From Candidatus Eiseniibacteriota bacterium (GTDB lineage: Bacteria; Eisenbacteria; RBG-16-71-46): a stretch of 64,000 bases of DNA. Both the position numbers and the translations under genes were made by a program. The stretch is taken from positions 1,632,001 through 1,696,000 of the forward strand of contig OY970342.1 in assembly GCA_963717505.1 (NCBI GenBank), in the 5' to 3' direction. The notes under the pieces were generated by a model, which made no database searches, was not told the DNA's origin, and saw only the letters and a list, made by a program, of their open reading frames with translations. Below are positions 17,877 through 28,332 of the stretch, piece by piece (positions within the stretch are counted from its first letter, which is position 1; each line of letters opens with the position of its first letter).

Positions 17877-20800
17877 ATGAGGAAATCGCTCGTGACGCTG
17901 TTGCTCTCTTTGGGAGTAGCCGCGTTTTCGGCGAATTTGGCACTGGCTGCGGTTAACGCCGGTGATACGGACCTGCAGGTCAAACTGCAGAACGCCCGTA
18001 TGGCCAGCGAACTGCAGTCTCGTGCTTCTGCGCTGTCGACGTCGGCTACCGACGTGGACACGAATTACGTCGGTTTTACCCCCGGCAAGTCGGCCTCGAA
18101 CTATTGGTCGATCTGGTCGGGCACGGACAAGTTCCACGATGGTGGTCCATACCACCGGCCGTATGCCCCGGGTAACGGCGGCACGTGGTCTTGGGAATCC
18201 GCAGTGAGTGGCGATTCGCTTCAGGGCTGGACCCCGGTTCGCAACCAGATGAGCGGAACCGGTGGTCTGACGATTCCTGACGCGGGCCGTCCGTGGCGCT
18301 GCTTGGACTACGGCAACGAAGCCAACGCGGTCATTCCGGGTGTCGGTCGCACGCATGGTGTTACGGGCGTGTGGCACGTCGACGCGGGCGACACGCAGGC
18401 GGTTCCGGCGTCGGTCAACGATACGCAGGACGGCCTGAATGGCGCCGGACTGGGTGTCGGTGGTGTCAACTGGACCCCGCTCGTCGGGACGCACTCGGCG
18501 TGGATGGGTCTTCGTCGTCACGGTGACGTCACGCACACCGACCAGACTGTGTTTGGCGGCACCGGCAACGCGTTCAACGAGGACGTGCTGGTCTACAACG
18601 CTCTGGCGGGCTCGGCTTCGCTGGGCGGCACGGACAAGCGCTTCCCTGGCTACGGCGATCAGATGGACCAGCTCCTGTATCGCGACGTGGACGTGACGGG
18701 CACGGGCACCCTGACGGTTGGGTTCTCGTACCGGACGAACATGTCGACGGGCGTGGTGACCAACAACATCACGCGCAGCGGTTGGTTCCAGTGGGATCCG
18801 CTGACGGTCGTAACCGGCGGCGCCAACCCCAACTTCATCGAGAGCACCGCCAACGCGACGCCGCCTGCAGACTCCTTCATGGTGTACGTAGGGGCTCCGG
18901 CGGAGAGCTCGGTCGTCCTGTCGGACGGCTCCTCGCATCCGATCTTCGACAAGAAGCGTCGTTGGGCGGGCGAGGTCATCCGCGGCGCCGAGGGTCTGTA
19001 CACTCAGATCCTGAGCCTGGGTGGCGCCAATGTGACCACCGCGTTCAGTGCGACGGTGAGTGCCACCGAGATCGATCGGATCACGGCATCGCCCACCGCG
19101 GGGGTGTCGAACAAGGTCCGCATCGTCTTCCGCGTCAAGACCAATCAGACGTTCAGCGATGAGAGCGTGAACAACACCGGTTCCTCGTCCGAAGGCGCGG
19201 GCGCTGTCATTGTCGACAACGTCACGGTCGCGAAGGACGGCGGGGCCGCATCGGTCATCGGCGGGTTCGAGGTTCATGGCGACATCAACAACTCGACGGG
19301 CTACGGTCCGTACGGGAACCTCGGTTCGTCCACTCATCCGTTGAACGTGTGGAAGTCCACCGGCAAGCCGACCAAGGTTTACACGCACATCCATCCGCTG
19401 GCGGGCCGCAGCGGCGGCTACATCCCGCTCGTCTACCAGGATCTGTGCGGTCAGCCTGGCAACCCGGCCCGTATCTGCGACATGGACGGGACGGTGGTTT
19501 CGACCGGTAATCATGACAACTTCGAGTCGTCGGGTGGCACGTTCGGCACTGCCGAGCAGGAGCCGTTCGACGGCATGGTCTCGCCGACCATCAGCCTGGT
19601 CGGTCAGGGCTTCACGACCCGCATCATCGGTGGCGTTTCGACGTCGGTGAACAACCAAGGTCTGTCCGCTGCAGATGCGGATGCGACCGAGGACTACTAC
19701 GTCGACTACGAGCTCTACACCGGCCGGTTCAATATCTTCACGACCGGCAGTGCCTGGCGCTTTGGCTTCTTCAGCTACCCGGCCGGCATCTCCGCGGCTC
19801 AGGGTACGCAGTACAAGCGCTGGAGCATGGTGCGGTATCCGGGCTTCATCTACTTCAACCCGGACAAGCAGTGCTTCCGGAACCTCGACGCGGCACTGGG
19901 CAACGGTCTGATCCGTACGACCAATGCCTCGGGCATTCCCGACTCGATCAAGATGTTCGTTGGTCCGCGTCAGGAGGCCTACCGCTTCGGAGTGCCGGTA
20001 TCCGAGAACTTCGACGGCTGCTACTGGGACAACGTCAGCCTCGCGATTGTGGACGGGGCGGGCGCGGATCCCGTGTCGGTCGACATTTGGCAGCTCTACC
20101 AGGACACGTTCCCGTCGAACACCAACGACGGTATCGTGGGCTTTACGGCTGCCTTCGACAGCACCGCCGGCCTCATGAAGAGCGGCATCAACATCGCCCC
20201 GGTCACCGGCAGCACGTCGCGGTTCGACGTGCCGGGTGACACGACGGTGGTCATCGCGGAAGGCGACAACGTCCGCGTGGACCTGGTGTTCCGCATCCTT
20301 CCGGGCCCGGGTAACTACACGAATCCTGGTGCAGCACCGGCCGCCCAGTTGCTGAAGCGAGTGCCCAACGCCGCGACCGCCGTCTCGGGTGGCGTGGTTG
20401 GCTCCGCGAACTTCTGGGAGAATTTCATGGGTGATCGTGGCGCCAAGGGCGCGGGGACGCATCCCTCGCCGCGTTGGAGCCCGCACGTGTGGAATGCGGC
20501 GCGCATGGATACCGCGGAAGTCAACATCTTCCAGCAGCAGAAGCGGATCAATGCGACGCCGGGCAACTCCGGTCTGTTCATGACCTCGTACCACGAAGAC
20601 GAACTCGTGGCTCCGGGAACCCGTCGTGCTCTGTCCGTCCCCCGCAATATCTGCTTCATCTCGGATACGGCGGCGGCGGTTCCGACCACGTCGGTGATCT
20701 GCGGCTCGGGTGCGGTTCCTGTCGGCGCGTCGTATCCGCCGGTGTGGGCCTATGCTCCGGGCACGGGTATCGCGACTGCCGGAACCGGCAATCCGCTGGC

Positions 20801-22379
20801 ATCCGCAACGCAGATTCAAAGCTGCCCGGGACCTGCCGGGTCGGGTCTGTGCCGTACCATCGAAGGCACCAAGATCCTGCCGGACGGCATGTTCACCCCC
20901 GGAACGCACATCGCTTACTTCTTCCGCCGGGAAGATCTGCCTCCGTCAGCGGTCTTCACGTTCAATTGCCCCGACACGAATGTCGTGTCGCCGCAGAACT
21001 CTGAAGGCTCGACGGACGGTCACCGCTGGCAGGAAGTTTCCGTCCTGCCGGACCGTTGGAAGGACGGCGACTACATTCACCCGGTGCTCGGAACTGTGGG
21101 CGGCGGTGAAGCGTGCGTGCTGTTTGTCGACAACAACGACCGCCGCGGCAACGAGCGCGTGTTCATTGGACTCGCCGACTCGCTCGGCATGAACAGCGCC
21201 GCGAAGCGCGGTGGCAGCAACGGTTGGAGCGCGGCTGGTGACGCTGACGTCAACGATCCGACGTACTTCGTCCGCCGTCATGTCGGCCAGGCCGGCACGA
21301 CGTTCGACAAGTACGACATCAAGGCGTCCGAGTCGCTGACCACCAACACCGGCAGCATCGGCAGCCGTGTTGCGTTCTCCAACCCGACGAACACCCAGAT
21401 CGACGGTCAGAAGTCCCTGCAGGGACCGTCGCCGACCATGCTGACGACCTTCTACAAGGTCCTCGTCACGCTGACCGGTGACCTGAACTCGAGCATCTGG
21501 GGTCCGTTCAACAACAAGAGCTCAAATGACGCCGGCATCATGACCAGCTTCGCGACCAGCGGCGATCCTACCGATCCCAATCGTGGCTTCTACACGACGG
21601 GTGACGGCTGGAACGAAGCGGCCACGGGGCCTGCGTATGCCTTCATCACCTCGATTCTCGGCGCCGATCTGATCAACGTGAGCTACCTGGCGAACTCGGG
21701 TAACACGGCGTTCAGCGCGGACATCCTCCCGACCGCGGCTCTGCCGTCAGCGACGGGCGACATTTACGGTCTCCGTAATGCTTGCACGTTCACGCTCGAC
21801 GTCCAGATCCCGGTGTTGGCCGAAGCCACCGAGTCCTCGTTCTACGAGGATCCGTTCGGCAACGGTCCGCATCCGTCGGGCATTCTGAAGACGCACACCG
21901 CGCTCAACCCGTGGATGGCGCTTTCGGACGGATGGGACATCGAGGTTCTGCGTGCGCGGGACGAGATTTCGTCTCGTGGACGTCTGACCTACTACTACAA
22001 GGCGTTCCAGGATGCGTTCGGGACGATCGCCGGCTGCAACATCGTCGGCGCGCCGATCTCGACCACCGACACGCCGAACAACGGTAGTGGGCGGCTCTAC
22101 AACTTCATGAGCCTCCGCAACAACCCGCTGCGTACGGGTTCTGCGACCTTCGCGATCGGTCTCGCCAAGAGCGATCGCGTCAAGATCCAGATCTTCGACG
22201 TCGCTGGGCGTCTGGTTCGTGACCTCGCCGACCGCAACTTCGTGGCGGGCGAGCACTCACTGACCTGGGACGGTGTCGACAATGCGGGCAAGCAGGTCGC
22301 TCGCGGCGTCTACTTCGCGCGGCTGGAGTACGCGGCCCAGAAGTTCACGAGCAAGGGTAAGCTCGTCGTCCTGAAGTAG
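17877..22379 (+). CDS. Large secreted protein (1500 aa) with C-terminal FlgD-Ig/T9SS-CTD-like domain; S-layer-like candidate
   Basis: RBS GGAGG before ATG 17877; signal peptide MRKSLVTLLLSLGVAAFSANLALA; T/S/G/N-rich; C-terminal NNP..VKIQIFDVAGRLVRDL..WDGVDNAGKQVARGVYFARL..KLVVLK. Confidence 0.88.
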   Translation: MRKSLVTLLLSLGVAAFSANLALAAVNAGDTDLQVKLQNARMASELQSRASALSTSATDVDTNYVGFTPGKSASNYWSIWSGTDKFHDGGPYHRPYAPGNGGTWSWESAVSGDSLQGWTPVRNQMSGTGGLTIPDAGRPWRCLDYGNEANAVIPGVGRTHGVTGVWHVDAGDTQAVPASVNDTQDGLNGAGLGVGGVNWTPLVGTHSAWMGLRRHGDVTHTDQTVFGGTGNAFNEDVLVYNALAGSASLGGTDKRFPGYGDQMDQLLYRDVDVTGTGTLTVGFSYRTNMSTGVVTNNITRSGWFQWDPLTVVTGGANPNFIESTANATPPADSFMVYVGAPAESSVVLSDGSSHPIFDKKRRWAGEVIRGAEGLYTQILSLGGANVTTAFSATVSATEIDRITASPTAGVSNKVRIVFRVKTNQTFSDESVNNTGSSSEGAGAVIVDNVTVAKDGGAASVIGGFEVHGDINNSTGYGPYGNLGSSTHPLNVWKSTGKPTKVYTHIHPLAGRSGGYIPLVYQDLCGQPGNPARICDMDGTVVSTGNHDNFESSGGTFGTAEQEPFDGMVSPTISLVGQGFTTRIIGGVSTSVNNQGLSAADADATEDYYVDYELYTGRFNIFTTGSAWRFGFFSYPAGISAAQGTQYKRWSMVRYPGFIYFNPDKQCFRNLDAALGNGLIRTTNASGIPDSIKMFVGPRQEAYRFGVPVSENFDGCYWDNVSLAIVDGAGADPVSVDIWQLYQDTFPSNTNDGIVGFTAAFDSTAGLMKSGINIAPVTGSTSRFDVPGDTTVVIAEGDNVRVDLVFRILPGPGNYTNPGAAPAAQLLKRVPNAATAVSGGVVGSANFWENFMGDRGAKGAGTHPSPRWSPHVWNAARMDTAEVNIFQQQKRINATPGNSGLFMTSYHEDELVAPGTRRALSVPRNICFISDTAAAVPTTSVICGSGAVPVGASYPPVWAYAPGTGIATAGTGNPLASATQIQSCPGPAGSGLCRTIEGTKILPDGMFTPGTHIAYFFRREDLPPSAVFTFNCPDTNVVSPQNSEGSTDGHRWQEVSVLPDRWKDGDYIHPVLGTVGGGEACVLFVDNNDRRGNERVFIGLADSLGMNSAAKRGGSNGWSAAGDADVNDPTYFVRRHVGQAGTTFDKYDIKASESLTTNTGSIGSRVAFSNPTNTQIDGQKSLQGPSPTMLTTFYKVLVTLTGDLNSSIWGPFNNKSSNDAGIMTSFATSGDPTDPNRGFYTTGDGWNEAATGPAYAFITSILGADLINVSYLANSGNTAFSADILPTAALPSATGDIYGLRNACTFTLDVQIPVLAEATESSFYEDPFGNGPHPSGILKTHTALNPWMALSDGWDIEVLRARDEISSRGRLTYYYKAFQDAFGTIAGCNIVGAPISTTDTPNNGSGRLYNFMSLRNNPLRTGSATFAIGLAKSDRVKIQIFDVAGRLVRDLADRNFVAGEHSLTWDGVDNAGKQVARGVYFARLEYAAQKFTSKGKLVVLK

Positions 22380-22402
22380 CGGAGTCTGAAGTCGATACAC
22401 CG

Positions 22403-22443
22403 CCGGGGGGCGGGGCGAAAGCTCCGCCCCCCGGTGCTTGTTT
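22403..22443 (+). terminator. Rho-independent terminator
   Basis: 14-bp GC stem with GAAA tetraloop (22403-22434) followed by TGCTTGTTT. Confidence 0.8.
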
Positions 22444-22597
22444 GGCCTCCTGGCCCTCCCGTGGCCGGCCCCCCGGGCGGCCCGGCCCCAACGCCGGGTC
22501 AAGTTTTCAGCCCCGAGAGCCGATCGCCTGGGGAGAGGGACACCATCCTCCAGGCCCACCGGGTGGCTGCGGAGCGCCCCCGGACCGTTGCAGGCTC

Positions 22598-22626
22598 TTG
22601 ACGCCTCCGGGGTCGGCTGCTAGGTT
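22598..22626 (+). promoter_or_regulatory. sigma70-type promoter for lipoprotein operon
   Basis: TTGACG-N17-TAGGTT with TGn extension. Confidence 0.55.
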
Positions 22627-22675
22627 TCACGCACTTTCCCCTGACCAATTGACTGGGCGTGCTGGAGGGGCGTGA

Positions 22676-24712
22676 ATGCGCTTTCGTTCCGGTCTGCTTT
22701 TGCTTTTCCTGATCACGATGGTTGGTGTCGGGTGTCGAAAACCCCTCACCCCGAACGTCGACACCAATCAGGCTCCAGAAACCTGGATCACCCAGGCCCC
22801 CCAAGACACGATTACCTATCGCGACCCGGATTCGGGAGACCCGAGGGTTACTGAGATCGGGACGATTCCCGTTCGCTTCCACATGTATTGGGCGGGATCC
22901 GATCGGGATGGTGCGATCACGGGCTTCTACTGGGCCGTGGTCGAGACCCTCGATGTTCCGCCGCCCGGGCTGCCGTTGCCGCCGCTGCCGGGGCCCAAGC
23001 CGCGGGACTACCGGTACACCAGCAAGACCGACAGCGTGTTCGTGTTCAACGTGTCGCAGGAGCGGACCAGCCGGGCGCATGCGTTCTTCATCTACGCTGT
23101 CGACGACAAGGGCAAGCCCGACGCCACTCCGGCGCGGTTCATCTTCAGCGCGCTCGATCGCTTTCCGCCCGACATCTACATCTACGAGGCCTATGGCCAG
23201 GGGCCGATCTACCGGTGGGACAAGGTCCTGCGCCGCGTGACCACCAAGGACACGCTGATCTTCATCCGCGACTCACTGACCCTGGAGGGGCTCGGAGTGC
23301 CGCCCAAGGACACCGTGACCGCGGCCGCGAACCTGGTCTTCAGGTGGCGGACCGAGCTTTCCGCACCCGGTTCCAGCGTCACCGGGTTCCGGTACAAGCT
23401 GGATGAGTCGGTGTTCCAGGACCTGCCCCCGGAGTCCGCGCAGAAGGTCTATCCGATCGGGGCGGTCGCGGCGGGCACCAAAATCTTCTCGCTGCGGGCG
23501 CTCGACGAGGCGTCCGGCGCCAGCAACCGAAACCGGCGATTCCAGATGAACATGCGTCCCGACAGCTGGTTTGCCGGCCCGGATCCCAGTCGATTCCCCC
23601 TCATCGGGCGTGATCGCTACATCGATATTCCGAGCTGGTCCGATGCGGCGTTGCGCGCGACCCCCGAGTTGGCCGGGACCATGATGAGTTCCGACTCGCT
23701 GGTCCGGCTACCGGCCGAGCGCAGCACGCGCGAGACGTTTTACGAGATCTATCGAGATCGCCTCTACATCCGCTCCGAAGGCGATACCGTGCACATGAAC
23801 TCGTGGGTGCTGTTCCACGGGGGCGGTGTGGACCTCGATTCGCCCTACAGCGTCAAGGTCGGCGCGAACGACCCCGACCTGGCGAACGACACGGCCTTCG
23901 TCACCGAACCACCCCTGGTCGTGCGCCCGTCGGGGCCGAACGGATCCCCGATCGGGATGCAATTCGGCTATACCCTCGAGCAGACGCCGCTCGGGTCCCT
24001 GTCGGTCCAGCCGCGCGGCATCTCGATTCCGGTGTTCGATCCGGCCGACGTGCAGCGCGGCGAGAACCCCGCCGTCGGCGCCTACATTGCGGCCCGCACC
24101 GGTGGCAAGATGTACTTCACCGTCAACTCCGTCGACGGAAACAACGGCGCCGACCGTCGGGTGAGCACCGATCCGCGCAGCACCTACAACACGCGGCCGG
24201 AACTGCGAAATCTGATCGTGTTGTTCTACGTCAACAAGGATCCGTTCTTGTTGATCGACCAGCCGGGGTTCGTGCCGCGCCCCGACACCACGTTCTTCAC
24301 CCGCTTGAACCTGCGCTTCAACCTCCCGGCGGGCGACGTCGATCCCTACGACTTCGCCAATCCGCCGTCGCGGGTCGGCGGCCCCTCGAGCAGCACCGTG
24401 CTGCGCTGGACGCTGACCCTCAAGGGCAAGAGCACCTGGACCGGAGCGGATACCACGATCGCGCCGCCCGGTGGCTACCAGTTCAGCGCCCCGCAGATCA
24501 CGGTCACGGTTCCGAACGACATCCGTGGCCCCGAGGTGGAGGCGATCGTCGAGCTGTGCGACTGCAAAGATTGCGAGATTACCAACGGCGGACGTTGCAT
24601 CAGGAGATCGATCCCGTTCAACGTGCCGGCGATCCCGGCTCCGACGCGGGCCGCCGCAACTTCCAACGACCGACCGGGCCAGGATCCAGACAACCAGAGG
24701 AGGAGTCCATGA
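22676..24712 (+). CDS. Hypothetical lipoprotein with Ig/FN3-like repeats
   Basis: Lipobox VGVGC; NQAPETWI..WAGSDRDGAITGFYW..HAFFIYAVDDKGKPD; beta-rich composition. Confidence 0.8.
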   Translation: MRFRSGLLLLFLITMVGVGCRKPLTPNVDTNQAPETWITQAPQDTITYRDPDSGDPRVTEIGTIPVRFHMYWAGSDRDGAITGFYWAVVETLDVPPPGLPLPPLPGPKPRDYRYTSKTDSVFVFNVSQERTSRAHAFFIYAVDDKGKPDATPARFIFSALDRFPPDIYIYEAYGQGPIYRWDKVLRRVTTKDTLIFIRDSLTLEGLGVPPKDTVTAAANLVFRWRTELSAPGSSVTGFRYKLDESVFQDLPPESAQKVYPIGAVAAGTKIFSLRALDEASGASNRNRRFQMNMRPDSWFAGPDPSRFPLIGRDRYIDIPSWSDAALRATPELAGTMMSSDSLVRLPAERSTRETFYEIYRDRLYIRSEGDTVHMNSWVLFHGGGVDLDSPYSVKVGANDPDLANDTAFVTEPPLVVRPSGPNGSPIGMQFGYTLEQTPLGSLSVQPRGISIPVFDPADVQRGENPAVGAYIAARTGGKMYFTVNSVDGNNGADRRVSTDPRSTYNTRPELRNLIVLFYVNKDPFLLIDQPGFVPRPDTTFFTRLNLRFNLPAGDVDPYDFANPPSRVGGPSSSTVLRWTLTLKGKSTWTGADTTIAPPGGYQFSAPQITVTVPNDIRGPEVEAIVELCDCKDCEITNGGRCIRRSIPFNVPAIPAPTRAAATSNDRPGQDPDNQRRSP

Positions 24713-27172
24713 ACGGTCCAGGTTCTCTGTTCAGACTGCTCCGGATACCGGCGGCGGTGGCCGCGGTCGTCGCCCTGTTTGGCTGCGAATCGGCCATCAA
24801 AGGGGTTCTGACCAACCGGCTTCCGGAAGTGCGGCTGACCGCCGCACCCATCGATACCACCGGCAGGTACTACTACTCGATCACCTTGAACTGGGTGGGT
24901 TTCGACCCCGACGGGCGGGTCGAGCACTACATCTACACCGTGGATCCACACCTGCTGACGGCGGGGCAGGACACGGTCTGGCAGCAGACGACCGCAAACG
25001 AGTTGCGCATGTCGTTCGATTCGACCATCCCGTTGCGCGAACAACCCAGCAATCGAATGCTGGGCTCCGATTACCATACGTTCCTCATCCGTGCGGTGGA
25101 CAACCAGGGCGAGGTCGGCCCCTATTCGGCGCGCGCGTTCAACTCGTACACGGTGGCGCCCGAGGTTTTTCTGATCGCGCCGCCACCTTCGAGTTTTCAG
25201 TTCATGGTGACTCCGGCGGTGCGGATTTCGTGGCGTGGCGAGGACCCCGACGGCGTGTTCACCCAGAAGCCGGTCAAGTACAAGTACATCCTGCTGACCG
25301 CGTCTTCGCTCTTTCCCTGGGACGTGGCGTGGGCCAAACCGGATTCGTTGCGCCGATTCTATGAGAATCACCCGGACGGACCCTGGGCGGGCTGGGATTC
25401 GACCAGCGCCGAGACGACGATGGCGCGCTACACGAGTCTGACCCCCAACACCGATGCCGTGTTCTGCGTCATTGGCTTCGACGAAGCCGGGGCCTACAAC
25501 CCGCTGTTCTCGTTCCAGACCAACATGACGCATCTCAGGATCGGCTTCGCCGGGGCGAGCGGCCCCAAGATCGGGATGTTCAACGAGTCCTTCAACTACG
25601 AATACACGCTGGGAGGGATCTGCAACGACGCCGACCGATGCCAGGTCGTGCTCGAGGTTCCCGCCGGCCGCAGGGTGACCATCAACTGGTACGCCATACC
25701 CCCGTCCGGCTCGGACATCGAGAGCTACCGGTGGGGGCTCGACATCGAGGACCTGTTCGACTACGTGACCCCGCGCAATCCCGAGACGACCGACTTGAAA
25801 CACTGGAGCACGCCGAGCGCCAGCGTGACCCAGGCCACCGTCGGACCGTTCGCGGGCGGCGAGATCCACTTCTTCTACATCCTGGCCGAGGACAACAACA
25901 CGCTCAAGAGCATGGGAACCATTCGACTCGAGGTGGTGGCGCCGACCTTCAATCGGCCACTGCTGGTGATCGACGACACCCGACTCAAACCCACCGTCTA
26001 TCGGTCCTCGCGGGACACGTGCCCGATATCGCCCTCCGGGCCATGGCCGAACCGCGCCGAGATGGATTCGTTCATGTTCGCCCGCGGCGGCAAGTGGTGG
26101 AAGTGCCAGGGTCGGATGTCGAATCAGGGGTTGTTCGGCGCCTACGACTACGACACGTTCGGCACGCGGATCAACAAGGAAGTGCTGACCGTCAAGCTGT
26201 CGCTTCTGGCCAAGTACCGCCACGTCGTGTGGATGGTCGACGGCCCGGGTGCCGGCAACGACAAGCCCGGCACCGATCCGGTCGATCCGGGCGTCGCGCT
26301 GCGTTACATGGGCGGGCGGGGACGGGTGAACACGCTGGCGACCTACGTCCGTCAGGGTGGCAAGATCTGGCTGAACGGCGGTGGCGCGGCCTATGCGGTC
26401 ACCGATCCGTGGAACGATCGCAACAACGACGCCGGGAGCAAGAAGTACTCCTCGGTCGACGGCCGCAACGAGCTGGGTCCCGGCCGATTCATGTTCGACG
26501 TGGCCAAGTGGCAGTCTTCGTTCCAGATCAGCAAGCCGGTCGCGAGCATCCAGCGCGAGCTGGGGCGCTTCCGGGGACCGCCGCCGCTCAAGTACGGCGA
26601 GTTGCCGCTGGCGATGGAGGTCAAGGATGCGGCGAGCGACCCGGTCGCCATCGAGGCGCCCGATCGTTTCAACATCTACAGCAGTACCGTGGACATCGAG
26701 TACCTGAGGCAGGACGCGAACTTACATCATCGAGGACATCGACCCGGGCGTGATCGAGAATCTGCAGTCGACGCTCGACACGCTCTACCGGGTGCAGGCG
26801 TCCACGCTCAACAATCCGCCGGAACGCAGCAACCCTTATCTTCCCGGGATGCCCACGTACGTGATCATGACGCACTACCATGGACCGCCTCCCGACAACG
26901 TCTCGGTGACGCACACCGGTTTCCCGCTGTGGTGGCCGAAGCGCGTCCAGGGGCAGGCACTGGTCGACTACGTCCTGGGCACGCTCTGGGGTGGAGCGGC
27001 CGTCGGACTGGACAGGCGACCGTGGCCCGGGAACGCTCCGAGTACCACCATGCTGCGGGCGACGTCGGTGGCTCCCGGCGACCGTGCGACGAGCGTCGCA
27101 CGACCCGTCCCCGGTCGCGGGGCGGCGGTTGGCGTCAGCCGCCCGAGTTCGGCGCGGGTGCCGCGGGACTGA
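24709..27172 (+). CDS. Hypothetical lipoprotein with Ig/FN3-like repeats and C-terminal GATase-like domain; +1 frameshift at ~26722
   Basis: ATGA overlap with upstream gene, RBS AGGAG, lipobox LFGC; WVGFDPDG/WRGEDPDG repeats; protein-like sequence switches frame at AAC-T-TAC and continues in ORF 26750..27172. Confidence 0.75.
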
Positions 27173-27173
27173 C

Positions 27174-28313
27174 ATGACCCGAGCGACTCGATTCCGCCGA
27201 ATCCTGATTCCGGCCCTGGCCCTCGCGGCCTGGGCCGGGATCCTGAGTGTGGCGTGGGCGCCCGAGGCGCGTGCCCAGATCGGACACACGCCCGGATGTG
27301 ACTTCAACTATGCCGCTCGGGGAGAGGTGCGGCCGAACTTCCCCGCGATTCCCATTTGCGCGTTCGTCGGCGCCTACCAGGACAGCTCATTGATCATTCC
27401 GCAGGCCTGCTCGGGCCAGTTCGCGGGGCCGTTGGCCGACAGCGTTCGCCTCGATTCTCGGACGATCACCGTGCGGTTCCTGCGCGATCGCCGTGCCGAG
27501 TCCCGAAAGGACTTTGGTGGGTATCGCATCTATCGAATGACCAACCAGCCGGATTCGAATCGGGCAGTGCTCCTGCGCCGCTTCTCGCGCCAGGACAACG
27601 ACAATCTCCTCTGGCACTTCTCGCGGGTCGACACCTCCAACGAGGTCACGAACCCGAACTTCCTCTGCAACGGCACGGTGATCAACGACAGCGTGGTCAC
27701 CTTCGTCGACCCCGATTCGAGCGGGTCGTTCGTCAAGGTGTGCCGGATCGTCGATCATCTCGATCGCTGCCTGTCACTCGGCGATTCGGTGTTCAAGCTG
27801 GTGACGCCGCCGGGCCCGCACGACGGCTTCCGGACCTGGTATTCGGTGACCTACGAGCTGAAGAACACGACTCTGGATGGTCCCTACGACGAAATGTTCG
27901 TGCCCGACACCCTGGACAACTTCGCCCGCTGCACCGCCCCGGTGCGGGACAGCTGCCCGAATCTGAACAGCAAGCTCAGCAACATGACCGCCGAGCCGGT
28001 CGAAGCGACCACCGGTCCCGAATCGAACCTCGAGCAGGTGGTCGTGGTCCCGAATCCATTCCGCGCGCGCGAAGCCTGGGATGGAACGTCGAACGAGGTG
28101 CACTTCACCAAGCTTCCGGCGCGCGCCACGATCAGGATCTACACGGTCGCCGGCGATCTGGTCGCCGAGCTCCTGCACGACGACTCGATTCGCGACTTCG
28201 AGCCCTGGAACCTCCGGAACCAGCAAGGGGAGGACGTGGCCTCCGGGATCTACATGTTCCGCGTCGAGTCCGACGCGTTCACGTTCCAGCATCGGTTCGT
28301 GGTCATCCGCTAG
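27174..28313 (+). CDS. Secreted protein with FlgD/T9SS-CTD-like C-terminus
   Basis: Signal peptide ending ARA; DFGGYRIYR FN3-like motif; VVPNPF..FTKLPARATIRIYTVAGDLV..WNLRNQQGEDVASGIY..FVVIR. Confidence 0.85.
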   Translation: MTRATRFRRILIPALALAAWAGILSVAWAPEARAQIGHTPGCDFNYAARGEVRPNFPAIPICAFVGAYQDSSLIIPQACSGQFAGPLADSVRLDSRTITVRFLRDRRAESRKDFGGYRIYRMTNQPDSNRAVLLRRFSRQDNDNLLWHFSRVDTSNEVTNPNFLCNGTVINDSVVTFVDPDSSGSFVKVCRIVDHLDRCLSLGDSVFKLVTPPGPHDGFRTWYSVTYELKNTTLDGPYDEMFVPDTLDNFARCTAPVRDSCPNLNSKLSNMTAEPVEATTGPESNLEQVVVVPNPFRAREAWDGTSNEVHFTKLPARATIRIYTVAGDLVAELLHDDSIRDFEPWNLRNQQGEDVASGIYMFRVESDAFTFQHRFVVIR

Positions 28314-28332
28314 GCGGGAGAGCAGGCCCACC

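Noticed and set aside
17799-20909. 1036-aa minus-strand ORF (also 34590..38042, 50427..52358, 41130..43418 and similar)
   Set aside because: Antisense shadows of real genes. High GC3 removes stop codons on the opposite strand, and the translations are R/G/A-rich with no motifs.
23803-24708. N-terminal 300 aa of the 1124-aa ORF
   Set aside because: Off-frame overlap with the real gene 22676..24712. The true start is ATG 24709, with RBS and lipobox.
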